From assembly GCA_965222375.1 (NCBI GenBank), contig CBDCTZ010000011.1:224001-288000 (forward strand): DNA of 64,000 bases. The letters run 5' to 3'. The notes below the pieces were generated by a model, which was not told the DNA's origin, did no database searches, and saw only the letters and a list, made by a program, of their open reading frames with translations. This document shows positions 37,172 to 47,296 of this stretch, piece by piece. The stretch comes from Polyangiaceae bacterium (GTDB taxonomy: Bacteria > Myxococcota_A > Polyangia > Polyangiales > Polyangiaceae). A program made the position numbers and the translations under genes. The number at the start of each line of letters is the position of its first letter. The stretch's first letter is position 1.

Positions 37172-38202
37172 GGCATCTACCTACATACGCGTTGTTTGGA
37201 GCGAGCTTGGTCCTGGCGTTGGGCGCGCAAGCCTGCGGTCCGTCCGCGCCGCCGCCGAGTCACGCTCCGCCAGTGGCTCGAGTGCCCGCAGCTCCCGCTG
37301 GGGCCGCCGCCGAGTCCAGCGAGCAGAGCCTCAGCCAAAGCATCGCCCAAGCTGAAGAAGAGGCGAAGCGAGCTGGATGGCTGAAGAAAGAGATCGTCGA
37401 GATCCCGGAGCCACCTGCTGCGATCATTCTCTACGAGCCCGTGCCTGAGCAGGCTCCGGCCACGCTCATAGCCCGCTTCGATGCCGTGAGCGCTGCGGGA
37501 TCCGACGTAGTGAGCGGTGAGAGCGGGATGATCGACGTGCTCAAGACTCGGCAAGGGGCGCTGCTCTGGGATTTGCGGGGGGATGGCTCCCGCCATGTCG
37601 TGCTGCACCTCACGCCCTGTGGCGCCAACTGCGGCCAAGCGCAGCCCCGGGTTCTAGAGCTCACGCAGAGTGGATTCGTCAACGCCAAGACAGCACCGGA
37701 ATGTCCCACTTGCGTCACGGATGTGGATCGTGACCGCGTCCCCGAATTCGCCTATCGGATGTTTGCGCTCAAGGTCGCGCCATGTGCGCGCTCATCCTGT
37801 GGACCCAGCTACGCCCTCGAGGTAGCCGTGCAGGGCGTCGAGTCCTGGGAGGGTGGTCGCTACGAGCGCGGCCTTCGGGATTTCATCCCGCTCTACTTCG
37901 ACCGACTACGAAAAGCGAAGCGCGACGCGAAGCGCGTCCGCCGTGCCAAGAACAAATCGGAGATCTGTCCCCTGAACGCTCTTCGGGTGGCGGCGGAGTC
38001 CTACGTGTATGGGCGGTTGATCGGCGAAAAAGAGCCGAACGCGCTCAAGGCGGCGGACAAGATCATGGCCGGCTACACCATGGCGCCCTGCGCTCGCGAA
38101 TACGACTTGTTGGCGCCGCCCCGGACCTGGGGCGAGATCCGTGAAGAACTCACGAAGGCTTCGCTGCCCAAGCTCGACCGTCGGCGTCAGCCCCAGAAGT
38201 AG
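37168..38202 (+). CDS. Hypothetical lipoprotein
   Basis: GTGA overlap with dapB; lipobox AQA-C; Pro/Ala linker. Confidence 0.7.
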   Translation: MRHLPTYALFGASLVLALGAQACGPSAPPPSHAPPVARVPAAPAGAAAESSEQSLSQSIAQAEEEAKRAGWLKKEIVEIPEPPAAIILYEPVPEQAPATLIARFDAVSAAGSDVVSGESGMIDVLKTRQGALLWDLRGDGSRHVVLHLTPCGANCGQAQPRVLELTQSGFVNAKTAPECPTCVTDVDRDRVPEFAYRMFALKVAPCARSSCGPSYALEVAVQGVESWEGGRYERGLRDFIPLYFDRLRKAKRDAKRVRRAKNKSEICPLNALRVAAESYVYGRLIGEKEPNALKAADKIMAGYTMAPCAREYDLLAPPRTWGEIREELTKASLPKLDRRRQPQK

Positions 38203-38234
38203 CAGGCCTGCCGAGGCCGGTGCCGCCGAATAGC

Positions 38235-39461
38235 TCAGCGCTTGTCGTCGTCTTCGTCGGATGACTCGTTGCTGTCATCGTCGTCGTCGGATGAGTCGTC
38301 GCCGCTGTCCTCGGGTGACTTGTCGTCGTCGTCCCCGCCGCTCTTCTTGGCGGACTCGTCCTCGTCCTCGTCGTCGTCCTCGTCCTCGTCGTCAGGAGGC
38401 GGGGGAGGCTTCGCCTTGGCGGTCTTGCGCTTCTTCTTGGCCTTGCTCTTCTTCTTCAAGCGCTTCTTGGCCTTCTTGGCCGGTTTCCGCGGCGCCCCGT
38501 CCTCGTCCTCGTCGTCGTCGTCGTCCTCGTCCTCGTCGCCGGCTAACGCGGCGTCGACGTCGTCTTCGAGGCGATCGACGGCGTCCAGATCATCATCTTC
38601 ATCCTCGTCGTCATCCTCGTCCTCGTCGTCGTCGCGATAGCGCGCGCCGGCGGCTTCCCAGCCCACGGGCAGCTTGCGCTGGAAGCTCCACCAAAGACCG
38701 TACGCGCCCAACAGCGCCCCAGGAATGCTGAGGTATTGCCCCATGGTCAGGGCGCTCGTCGTTTCCAGGGTCTGGTGCTCTTTGAAGTACTCGACGACAA
38801 AGCGACCCGGAAAGTAGAGCATGAAGAACATGCTGATCAGGGCGCCCCGAGGCCGCTTCTCTTTCCCGAGTTTCTTGTCCCAGAGGTACAGCCCCAACAG
38901 AACCAACAACCCAAGGGCTGTTTCATACAGCTGACTTGGGTGACGCAGCGGCGCCTCCGGGACGCCGCGGTCGTAGCGAGGGAAACGAACGCCCCAAGAC
39001 TGGTCCGTGAGCCGTCCCACGATCTCCGAGTTGAAGAAGTTGCCAACTCGCACGAGGGTGGCCCCCAGCGCCGCTGAAAACGCAAAGCGATCCGAGCCCT
39101 CCAGGAACGGAATGCCCCGTCGCTTGGTGAACAGGTACATGGCCAGGATGAGCCCAATCACTGCTCCGTGACTTGCGAGCCCACCCTCCCAAATGCGGAA
39201 GACCCACAAGGGATCTTTCAGCGCCTTGTCGAGGTCATAGAAGAGCACATGCCCCAGGCGTGAGCCGACCAAGACGCCGAGTACGCCGTAGACGATGAAG
39301 TCCCCAGCGTCTTCTTCGTCGCCACCGCCCCGCTTGATCTGCCAGTTGAGTAGCGAGTAGCCACCCAGAAACACCATGACGAACAGCAAGCTGTAGTAGC
39401 GAAGCGCAACGGGTCCGATACGAAAGAAGATCGGATCAATGTCCCAAGTAAACGTCGGCAC
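38235..39461 (-). CDS. lgt: Prolipoprotein diacylglyceryl transferase with long acidic/basic C-terminal tail
   Basis: RYYSL, GSRLGHVLFY, IWEGGLASHG, RVGNFFNSEIVGR, RHPSQLYE, RFVVEYFK, TMGQYLS. Confidence 0.95.
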   Translation of the reverse strand: MPTFTWDIDPIFFRIGPVALRYYSLLFVMVFLGGYSLLNWQIKRGGGDEEDAGDFIVYGVLGVLVGSRLGHVLFYDLDKALKDPLWVFRIWEGGLASHGAVIGLILAMYLFTKRRGIPFLEGSDRFAFSAALGATLVRVGNFFNSEIVGRLTDQSWGVRFPRYDRGVPEAPLRHPSQLYETALGLLVLLGLYLWDKKLGKEKRPRGALISMFFMLYFPGRFVVEYFKEHQTLETTSALTMGQYLSIPGALLGAYGLWWSFQRKLPVGWEAAGARYRDDDEDEDDDEDEDDDLDAVDRLEDDVDAALAGDEDEDDDDDEDEDGAPRKPAKKAKKRLKKKSKAKKKRKTAKAKPPPPPDDEDEDDDEDEDESAKKSGGDDDDKSPEDSGDDSSDDDDDSNESSDEDDDKR

Positions 39462-39503
39462 GGGGGTGAGGTCTCCAGGAGGGGGTCGAAAACGAAACGC
39501 CTT

Positions 39504-41783
39504 CTACCGCGATTTCGGATTGCTCGCGAGTCCGATGCGGACTGTCCGGTGGACCACCGTCGTGTCGCCCCACTGTGAGGCTACGGCCCAATCCGGCCTG
39601 GCCGCGGGTGGGGTTTTCCCTGCGAAACCGGCCGTGTGGTCGGCCAACTGCATCTCGAACGCCTCGGAGACAACCACCAGGTCGAGCACGACAGGCTGTT
39701 CCGGTGGCGAGGCGACCACCAGCTGGCGCCCAGCCGTCGTGCCCCGCAAGCTGGCGCGGACGCCGTTGACGTGGACGCTTTCCACTTGCTGCCCCGCAAA
39801 GCCGACCGACAGGGCGTGCGCGCCGCGCCGAGATCGCAGCGCGATGCGCAGCCGGGCGCGGCCCAATGCCAAGGGTGATGCTTCGAGCAGGGACCATTCG
39901 GGAGCCGGCAGGGAGAGGGGAGCTGCAGGCGCCGTTCTGCAAGCGCCGGCTCTGCCGAAGAACGCAAGCCCCGACGGGACTTTGTGCGGCGACAGACCAA
40001 AGGCCTGGGCCCAATCAGCTCTCGGCTCACCGAAGCTGTTGACGAGCCAACGGGTCTCTTGGGTGTCGGCGTTCACGTCCAAAGCGAGGTTCATGCGCTG
40101 TCGTCGTTCGGAGTCGTAGTCATCCGCCAGGGCGAAGCTCGTCGCGCCGACGGCACTTGCGCCCCAGAGGGTCGCCGCGCCAAGAGCGCGCAGGCGTCTC
40201 GACTTGCGGCTCTGCGCAAGGTGCAGCGCGGCGGCCAAGGGAGTCAGGGCGATCGCGCACACCATTGTCAGGAGCAGCGGTGACGCGAGGCCGATGGCAT
40301 CGCCCAGCAAGTAGAGCAGCGGCGCCCAGAGTGCGATCGCCGTAAGCGTGAACGCGCAGGTCGCAGCGCGACGGGCAGACTCGGACTTGCCGAACTGGGT
40401 CGCGATGGCCGCCACCACTGCGGGGACCAGGAACAAGAAAGTCGCTTCTGGGACCAAGAACGCCGTCAGGTTCGCGCCCAAGACCCACAGCACCGCCGTG
40501 CCGAGCAGCTTGCCCGGACCCGACACGCCGGCGTTGATCAGCGATGCCGTGTGAGTGGCTGCAAAGGCCAAGAGAAACGTGGCGGCGTAGGCCAAGGCTT
40601 GCCCGGCCACGAAAGGGCCACTGGCTGCGCCGGCGCGAGCCCACGCAAACTGCATCACCACGCCGCCAATGCCTGCTAGGACCAGCCCGAGCAGGCTGCT
40701 GAACGCTCCCTGGCCGACGGTGGCCAGAGTCAGTTGACCACGCCGGCGTCTGTGAAAGAGCGCGATGGCGAGTACCATGGCGCTGACTATCGCGACGACC
40801 CGTGCCGCCAGCGTCGAGAAGCGAAAAATGCGAAACCCCAGAACGTCGAAGAAGACGCCGAGTTCAGACGCCGACGGAAGAGGCTCGGTTCGGAGTAGCG
40901 CGCGCGTCGCCGCGAGCACGCTCTCTCCCTGATGCTGCACGCTCGCAGCGCTGAGGTTGTCGTGGCTATCCCCGGTGGTGTGGTAGTGGTCGACGCGGCC
41001 GATGAAGCCAAAGCCCAGGCCCGGTACGCCGCCCCGGCGCAGAGCTGTGAGATCCGTGTCGTTGGGAAGCTTGCGATACACCAGTGGGAACAAAGAGCTA
41101 GTGAAGGGTCGTTCCAGCGCCGGCGCGACCCGCTGGAGCAATGCTGTGTCGGCCTCGGATACGTCGAAGAGCAGGCTCGGTCCGGAGCTGCCGCGAGCTT
41201 CCACGTTGATGGCAACCCGGGTGATGTCGTCCTGGGGCAGCTTGCGGGCAAAAAGCTCAGCCCCCAACAGCCCCAACTCCTCACCATCCGTGAACAACAG
41301 GGTTGTCGGATGGGTCAGCAGCGCACTCTGCAGCAAGCGTTTCACTTCCAGGAGAATGCCCACGCCGGACCCGTCGTCGCCGGCCCCCGCACCGGCAGCG
41401 ACGGAGTCGTAGTGCGCTACCAGGAGGATCTCACGACTCGGATCCACCCCGGGTAGCCGCACAATCACGTTTTCGACAAGCGCGCAGCTACCGTGACGAC
41501 CGCAGGACATGCCGCGCTGGATTTCCGGAGCGGGCTCGCCCAGCTCCTGCACGAGGCGCTTTCGCACGGCCTGATTGGCGGTCGACGCCACCATATGGGG
41601 CTCGTGCCCAACTACACGGATGCTGGCGTCCAGCGCTCGCCTGGCTTCAAAGGAGTCACCGCCAGCGGCACTGGGAGAAGGCGGGGTCAGTCGCCAAAAC
41701 GCAACGGCTACGGCGAGGCAAGCGACGCCGGCCGCGTACACCCAGGTCAGCCAGGGTCGGGGTGGCGCGGGTCGAGCTTCCAC
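39504..41783 (-). CDS. M28 family membrane metallopeptidase (ERMP1-like)
   Basis: LVAHYDSV, GAGDDGSGV, FTDGEELGLLGA, NVEARG, PNDTD, YHTTGD, then multiple TM helices. Confidence 0.9.
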   Translation of the reverse strand: MEARPAPPRPWLTWVYAAGVACLAVAVAFWRLTPPSPSAAGGDSFEARRALDASIRVVGHEPHMVASTANQAVRKRLVQELGEPAPEIQRGMSCGRHGSCALVENVIVRLPGVDPSREILLVAHYDSVAAGAGAGDDGSGVGILLEVKRLLQSALLTHPTTLLFTDGEELGLLGAELFARKLPQDDITRVAINVEARGSSGPSLLFDVSEADTALLQRVAPALERPFTSSLFPLVYRKLPNDTDLTALRRGGVPGLGFGFIGRVDHYHTTGDSHDNLSAASVQHQGESVLAATRALLRTEPLPSASELGVFFDVLGFRIFRFSTLAARVVAIVSAMVLAIALFHRRRRGQLTLATVGQGAFSSLLGLVLAGIGGVVMQFAWARAGAASGPFVAGQALAYAATFLLAFAATHTASLINAGVSGPGKLLGTAVLWVLGANLTAFLVPEATFLFLVPAVVAAIATQFGKSESARRAATCAFTLTAIALWAPLLYLLGDAIGLASPLLLTMVCAIALTPLAAALHLAQSRKSRRLRALGAATLWGASAVGATSFALADDYDSERRQRMNLALDVNADTQETRWLVNSFGEPRADWAQAFGLSPHKVPSGLAFFGRAGACRTAPAAPLSLPAPEWSLLEASPLALGRARLRIALRSRRGAHALSVGFAGQQVESVHVNGVRASLRGTTAGRQLVVASPPEQPVVLDLVVVSEAFEMQLADHTAGFAGKTPPAARPDWAVASQWGDTTVVHRTVRIGLASNPKSR

Positions 41784-41789
41784 GCCGCC

Positions 41790-42497
41790 TCAGTCCAAGC
41801 CGAGGGCTGCGAGCTGCTCTTGGGCTAGACGTGCCCAGCCTTGGTTGGCCTTGGGGCTTGCAGGGCTGGGGTGGAGCACGCTCGCGATCTTCACATCGAA
41901 TTGTCCGAGGGCAGCGCTGGCGCGCTTCTCCGCGAAAGCGCCGACTCCGATCACCCACTGCGGCGAGAGCTCCTCGACGGTCCGCTGTAGAGCCAAGTCG
42001 CAAGCTGCGTACAGAGCAGAGCGCTCTGACGGCGCGAGCTTGTCAGGCGTGCGGTTCTTGCCGCTTGCCTCCATGAATACCAAAGGGCAGTAGTTGGCAA
42101 TGAAGTGGTGTTCGAAGAAGCGCTCGGGCGTCTTGAAACTGTCCTTCACGAAGCCCCACAGCCGCGCGCCGCTGACTTCCGAACGCGGACACTCGAAGCC
42201 CTGAATCGGGCGTTTCGGGTGCTCGACGGTTGGCTTTTGTACTTTGCCGCTGATCATCAAGAAGTCGCGCACCAGGCCGACTTCGCCGAAGGGCACGCCG
42301 GTTTGCGCCATGCCAAAGGGACCCGGATTCATCCCCAGGAACACGACTCGTTTTGGAGCTGTGCCCCATTTGGATAGATAGTCGTTGTGGGGCTGGCGCG
42401 CGTAGGACAGCGGGTTGTAGACGTGAGTTACCGGTAGCGCGAAGCGCATAGCGTCGACCGATTTGCTCAATTCTGCGCTGATTCGTCGGAGTTTCAC
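41790..42497 (-). CDS. SMUG1-type (family 3) uracil-DNA glycosylase
   Basis: YNPL, LGMNPGPFGMAQTGVPFG, EVSGARLW, NYCPL, HPSPASP. Confidence 0.93.
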   Translation of the reverse strand: MKLRRISAELSKSVDAMRFALPVTHVYNPLSYARQPHNDYLSKWGTAPKRVVFLGMNPGPFGMAQTGVPFGEVGLVRDFLMISGKVQKPTVEHPKRPIQGFECPRSEVSGARLWGFVKDSFKTPERFFEHHFIANYCPLVFMEASGKNRTPDKLAPSERSALYAACDLALQRTVEELSPQWVIGVGAFAEKRASAALGQFDVKIASVLHPSPASPKANQGWARLAQEQLAALGLD

Positions 42498-42575
42498 GGC
42501 CTGGCGGAGCCTACCTCAGCCCCGGTTGTTCTGGCAGGCTGACCGCACTTCGAGTCGTGGAAAAGGGCGTTATGC

Positions 42576-45500
42576 TTGCTCTGGATGCAGCGCACGGCAC
42601 GAGCAACGGACGACACACGCGTGACCGAGGCGCAGACCGTCGCGGAGTCCAGGTCCCGGGCGGTTCATGACCGTGCGCTGCCGGCCTACGAAGTGGGAGA
42701 CATCCTCGCGGATCGCTATCGGGTCGTGGGCCTGCTGGGGCAGGGTGGATTTGGCGAAGTCTACGAGGTCCGAGACTCGACCCAGGGGGACCGCCCCCTG
42801 GCGTTGAAGGTCGCGAGGTTGGAAACGGCCGATTCGAGAGCGCTGAACGCGCTGCGCAGTGAGTTCGCTCTGCTCGCGACGCTGACTCACCCAAACCTCG
42901 CGGAGGTCTTCGACTTCGGCCACCTGGCAGACGACATCGCGTTCTTCACCCAGCAGCTGGTCTCCGGCAAACCCCTCGGTACCATCGCGCTGCGATCCGA
43001 CAACTTGGAGCACTTCCCCCTGTGGGCGCAGCTGTGCCACGCCCTCGACTATCTCCACGCCCGAGGCATCCTCCACGGGGACATCAAACCGTCGAACATC
43101 ATCGTGGACGAAGATGAGGGGCGCCTGACGCTCCTCGATTTCGGGATCTCTCGTGCCTTTGGTGGGCGCAGTGGCCGCGAAATGGTCGGCACCTTTTCTT
43201 ACATGTCGCCCGAGGCGATCACAGGCGCGCCCGTGGATGCTCGCGGTGACTTGTACTCCCTCGGCATTACCCTGTACCGCTTGGCGACGGGGCGGCTGCC
43301 CTTTCGCGGTACTTCCACGCAGGTCCTCACTTCCCACCTGACCCAACCGTTGCCGCCCTTGCCGGCAGGTTCCGTGAGCGAAGAGGTTGCGAAAGTGATC
43401 GTCCGCCTCACCAGCAAGGAGCCGGGCGCCCGCTACGCCTCGGCCAACGAGGCGTTGTCGGCCTTGGCACGCGCCACGGGCGCAGAGCTGCCTCCAGAGC
43501 CGACGGAGAGTCTGAGCGGATACCTGCTGTCCGGCAAGCTCGTGGGGCAGCAGGCGTGTCAGGAGCAGCTGCGCGCTCACGTTGCTCAGCCGGCCCGTGG
43601 TCAGACGGCAATCCTCGTCGGGGATTCCGGTACGGGCAAGTCACGCTTGCTTCGGGAAGCGCGTCAGCATGCGCAGTTGAGCCGTCGAGTCTGGATTGGG
43701 GTCAGCGCCAATGCCCGCTGGGCGCAGAAGTCTCTAGTGCCGGATATCGCTCGCGCGGCTTTGAACCAGGATGTGATCGATCGGCTGCCCGAAGATGTTC
43801 GAGTGGAGTTGAGCCGCGCGCTGCCCGAGCTGCGTCTTCCACGTCAGCAATTGGGGGTTCCGCTGGATCCCGAGCGGGCGAGGCGGGATCGCGTACGAGC
43901 CCTGGCCCGCGGGATCCAACTTCGCTTCGAGGCTGCGCCGGGCGTGATCGCGGTCGAAGACCTTCACCGCGTGGACGCCTCGGTGCTGGAGCTGTTGGAG
44001 CTGTTGGTCAGGGAGTGCCAATCCCTGGGCGTCCAGTGCACCTTCGTCTTGACCACGCGCCCTGGCGAGGTGGAAAAGTGGAGTCGGTCTCTCGACGCGA
44101 TGCGTTTGCAGGTGGGCCGCCTCGACTGGGCCTCCACCCGAAGCTTGCTGGATTCGATGTTCGGCAGCGCAGAGTTGGTAGCCGGCACGCAGCTTGGTGA
44201 GTCCTTCGAGCGCGAGCCGCATACGGCTCAGAGTGTGCAGGAGTCTCTGCGCCTTGCCTTGGAAGAGGGCGGTATCGTGCGTTCGGGTGGCAGTTTCGTG
44301 GTGCGGGGCCCTCTGCCCGCGCTGGGCCTTTCGGAGGTCCTGTCTCGACGTGCTCGTCGGCGCTCCGCGATGGAGCGTCGGGTGGGTTTGGCTCTGGCGC
44401 TGCTAGCGGGGGAGCGCACAGCCGCCGAGCTGCAACAGGTATCCGGTGGCAAGCGAGAAGCGACGGTGGTCGCGTTGCGTGCTTTGGTTCGCGCCGGTCT
44501 GGTCGAGGAGCGCTTCGATCCTCGGGTTCGTGCGGCCTACACCATGCACGACCGACATCGAGAAGCATGGGCGGCGGCGTCCTCGGCATCTGCGACGCGC
44601 GCCATGCATCGACGCGCTGGACGCATGCTCGCGAAGTCGGCCCGTGAAGACTGGCGCGTGTTGTTCGAGGCCGCCGAGCATTTCGCCGCTGGGGAGCAAG
44701 TCCCGCGGGCCCTTGCGGTACTGGAGCGGGCTGCAGACAAGGCCCAGCGAGCTGGTCGACCGGACCAAGCGGTCTTGGCTCTGATGCGGTCTCACGAGTT
44801 GCGCGCACCCGAGGCCACGGAGCTGCTGCGCCTCTTCGACCTGTGCCGCACCGCGGGTATGCGCGCCGAAATGGAAAGCGTTCTCGCGCGGCTACGGGCG
44901 CTGGGCGACTCGACAACCCGTGCCGCGGCTGTCCTCCGACAGGCACGCCTGTTCGTGGATGCGGGCGCCGCGGATCAGGCACGCGAGGCCCTTGCGAAAG
45001 CGAATGCGGCCTGTGTGGGTCAGCGCTCGGCGCTGGAAACGGCCGAGTTTGAGCTCGAGACGGCTCGGGTCGAAGACGAGTTTGGCGAGCTGTCGGCTGG
45101 TCGTTGCCACTACGAGGCTGCAGGGGAAGCCGCGCGCCAAGCCAAGTCCCGAGGAACGGAAGCCCAGGCTTGGCTCGGCGCTTCTTTGATAGCCCTCAGG
45201 GCGGGGGACACTGCCGCCTGCGGCGAATTTGCTACTCGTGCCCTCGGGGCCGCGCGGGAAGCGAAGCAGCCGGTGCTCGTTTCCGATGCCTTGCGCAACA
45301 TGGGTAACGCAGCGAGGGAGACCGGCGCCGCTCGGCGCGCCTTGGCGCTGTATCGTCGAGCGGTCGCAGCTGCGCGGGGAGCGGGCAGCCCCGAGGCCGA
45401 AGCGAAAGCGCTCAACAACCTCGGAACGGTCTGCCAATGGTTGGGCCTGTTGCCGGAAGCGGTCTCGAGCATGGAGCGCTCGCTCGAACTCAAGGAACGC

Positions 45501-46238
45501 TTGGGGCTCTCGGCTTCCGCACTGCTGACCCTTAACAACCTCGGCGGCTGTTTCATCGCGATCGGTCGGCTGGATGACGCCGAAGCCCAGCTCACTCGGG
45601 TGGCCCAAGCGGCCGGGGCCAAACAGCCCGTCGTGGTGGCTTTGGCCAAGTCAAACCTCGGGGATCTCTTCGTGCTGCGCGGTGAAATCAAGCGCGCTCT
45701 CGGCTGCTACCGCGAGGCTCATGACGACAACCGGCAGCGGGGGATCGCGGTGCAGGATTCCCACGCCATCTCCGGCATCATCCGCTGTCTTTTGCTTCGG
45801 GATGCGGAGGGGGACCTCGCCGAAGCGCAGCAGCTATTGCAGCGCTTCGGCGCCTTGTCCGGAGTCGACGACCTCGCTGAGGCCCGACGCCGCTATGCAA
45901 CCACGGAGGCCGCCGTTCTCGATCGCGCCGGTGACCCGAAAGCTGCGCTGGCGTCGGCTCGACGAGCTCGCAAAAACCTGGTCGACGCGCTGCAATGGGC
46001 AGACGTGTTCGGCACGCATTTGGAGGCGCTCTGGCTGGAGGCTATCTTGCTGCAGCGACTAGGCAGGTCATCTGCGGCCACCAAGGCGGTATCTCGGGCA
46101 CAGGCGCTGTTGCGCAAGCTGTCCACTTGCTTGCCGTCGGAGGAACGCCAGCGCTTCGAAACCTTTCACCCGCTGCACGAGGCGATCCGTTCGGCGAGCC
46201 TCGATGTCGCCCCCGGGCGCTCTTGGCCCGCGACCTGA
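42576..46238 (+). CDS. Ser/Thr kinase - P-loop NTPase (AAA16/STAND-like) - TPR protein
   Basis: LGQGGFGEVY, ALK, HGDIKPSN, DFG, GTFSYMSPE; Walker A GDSGTGKS; Walker B VIAVEDLH; TPR motifs ALRNMG, ALNNLG, TLNNLG, KSNLG. Start uncertain (42576-42621). Confidence 0.88.
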   Translation: MLWMQRTARATDDTRVTEAQTVAESRSRAVHDRALPAYEVGDILADRYRVVGLLGQGGFGEVYEVRDSTQGDRPLALKVARLETADSRALNALRSEFALLATLTHPNLAEVFDFGHLADDIAFFTQQLVSGKPLGTIALRSDNLEHFPLWAQLCHALDYLHARGILHGDIKPSNIIVDEDEGRLTLLDFGISRAFGGRSGREMVGTFSYMSPEAITGAPVDARGDLYSLGITLYRLATGRLPFRGTSTQVLTSHLTQPLPPLPAGSVSEEVAKVIVRLTSKEPGARYASANEALSALARATGAELPPEPTESLSGYLLSGKLVGQQACQEQLRAHVAQPARGQTAILVGDSGTGKSRLLREARQHAQLSRRVWIGVSANARWAQKSLVPDIARAALNQDVIDRLPEDVRVELSRALPELRLPRQQLGVPLDPERARRDRVRALARGIQLRFEAAPGVIAVEDLHRVDASVLELLELLVRECQSLGVQCTFVLTTRPGEVEKWSRSLDAMRLQVGRLDWASTRSLLDSMFGSAELVAGTQLGESFEREPHTAQSVQESLRLALEEGGIVRSGGSFVVRGPLPALGLSEVLSRRARRRSAMERRVGLALALLAGERTAAELQQVSGGKREATVVALRALVRAGLVEERFDPRVRAAYTMHDRHREAWAAASSASATRAMHRRAGRMLAKSAREDWRVLFEAAEHFAAGEQVPRALAVLERAADKAQRAGRPDQAVLALMRSHELRAPEATELLRLFDLCRTAGMRAEMESVLARLRALGDSTTRAAAVLRQARLFVDAGAADQAREALAKANAACVGQRSALETAEFELETARVEDEFGELSAGRCHYEAAGEAARQAKSRGTEAQAWLGASLIALRAGDTAACGEFATRALGAAREAKQPVLVSDALRNMGNAARETGAARRALALYRRAVAAARGAGSPEAEAKALNNLGTVCQWLGLLPEAVSSMERSLELKERLGLSASALLTLNNLGGCFIAIGRLDDAEAQLTRVAQAAGAKQPVVVALAKSNLGDLFVLRGEIKRALGCYREAHDDNRQRGIAVQDSHAISGIIRCLLLRDAEGDLAEAQQLLQRFGALSGVDDLAEARRRYATTEAAVLDRAGDPKAALASARRARKNLVDALQWADVFGTHLEALWLEAILLQRLGRSSAATKAVSRAQALLRKLSTCLPSEERQRFETFHPLHEAIRSASLDVAPGRSWPAT

Positions 46239-46239
46239 C

Positions 46240-47202
46240 TCAAGGGCTCGATTTGGGAGCGGCACACGCTTCCGCCACGCCCAGGCTACACGCACGCTTT
46301 CGCGCGCGCTCGGCCGCGCCACTCTCTTTGCGTTCGGCATGCCCCTTCGAAAGATCCCAGCAGGCGCGGCCTGCGCCGGCATCGCAGGCGCGGATCCAGA
46401 GCGAGAGGGCACGGTCCGCGTCCTTTGGTCCCCCTAGACCGGCCCAAAGCAGCCGACCAAGTCCCGCGCAGCCAAGGCTGTCGCCCTGATTGCAGCTCTG
46501 CTCGAACGCGCTGCGGGCTCGCTTGGCTTTCGCGGCATCTCGAGCTGAGTTTTCGAGCACGGTGCCCAGCATGGTGCACGCTTCTGCGAGGTTCGTGTTG
46601 CACGCCCGATCCAATAGCTGCACGGCGCGCTCCACATCTCGCGCGCCGCCGCTGCCTTCGTAGTAGAGCGTCGCCAGGTAGGCGCACGCGGGTGCGTGGT
46701 CCGCTTTGCAGCCCCGCTCCAGAAGCTTGCGCGCGTGGGGGAGCCGTTTGCCTTGACTTGCAAGCAGCACGCCCAGACTCGTACACGCGAGCTCCACGCC
46801 GCCGTCACAGCCACGTTCATAGAACCGAGCGGCCTGCTCGATGTTCTCGCTCACTCCTTCTCCACTTTGGAGCATGGCGCCGAGTTGCGCGCACGCGGTG
46901 GCCTGCCCACCCTCACACGCCTGTAGGTACAGAGCCGCGGCTCGGGTTGGGCCTGCGTTGTCGGTCTTGGTGAAGCGAACTCGATTGCCCAATTCCTCGC
47001 AGGCGGCCGCCTGCTGCTGCGCGCAACGTTCTTCGAGCTGGGGGACGGAATGTGACGTCAACTCGCTGTCCGATACCGCGGGTCGCTCAGCATCCGCCGG
47101 CTTGCCCGCGGGGCTAACCGACGGAGTGGGGCCGCCGCAAGCCGTGAGTACTAGGCCGGCGAGCAGTCTGTTCAGCTGCAGGTGCGTGTGTGCAGAGTTC
47201 AC
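46240..47202 (-). CDS. Sel1-like repeat lipoprotein (Cys-type, HcpA-like repeats)
   Basis: Repeated ACxxLG...A..LY.RAC units; lipobox LTA-C. Start uncertain (ORF open to 47256). Confidence 0.85.
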   Translation of the reverse strand: MNSAHTHLQLNRLLAGLVLTACGGPTPSVSPAGKPADAERPAVSDSELTSHSVPQLEERCAQQQAAACEELGNRVRFTKTDNAGPTRAAALYLQACEGGQATACAQLGAMLQSGEGVSENIEQAARFYERGCDGGVELACTSLGVLLASQGKRLPHARKLLERGCKADHAPACAYLATLYYEGSGGARDVERAVQLLDRACNTNLAEACTMLGTVLENSARDAAKAKRARSAFEQSCNQGDSLGCAGLGRLLWAGLGGPKDADRALSLWIRACDAGAGRACWDLSKGHAERKESGAAERARKRACSLGVAEACAAPKSSP

Positions 47203-47296
47203 AACGTCTAAATATTGAGTTGTTGCGCCCTCTGCAAGCAAGGCTCGTCCTTGCACAGCCGAGCCAGCCGCGGGAAGATGGATCAGAGGTTCTCAA

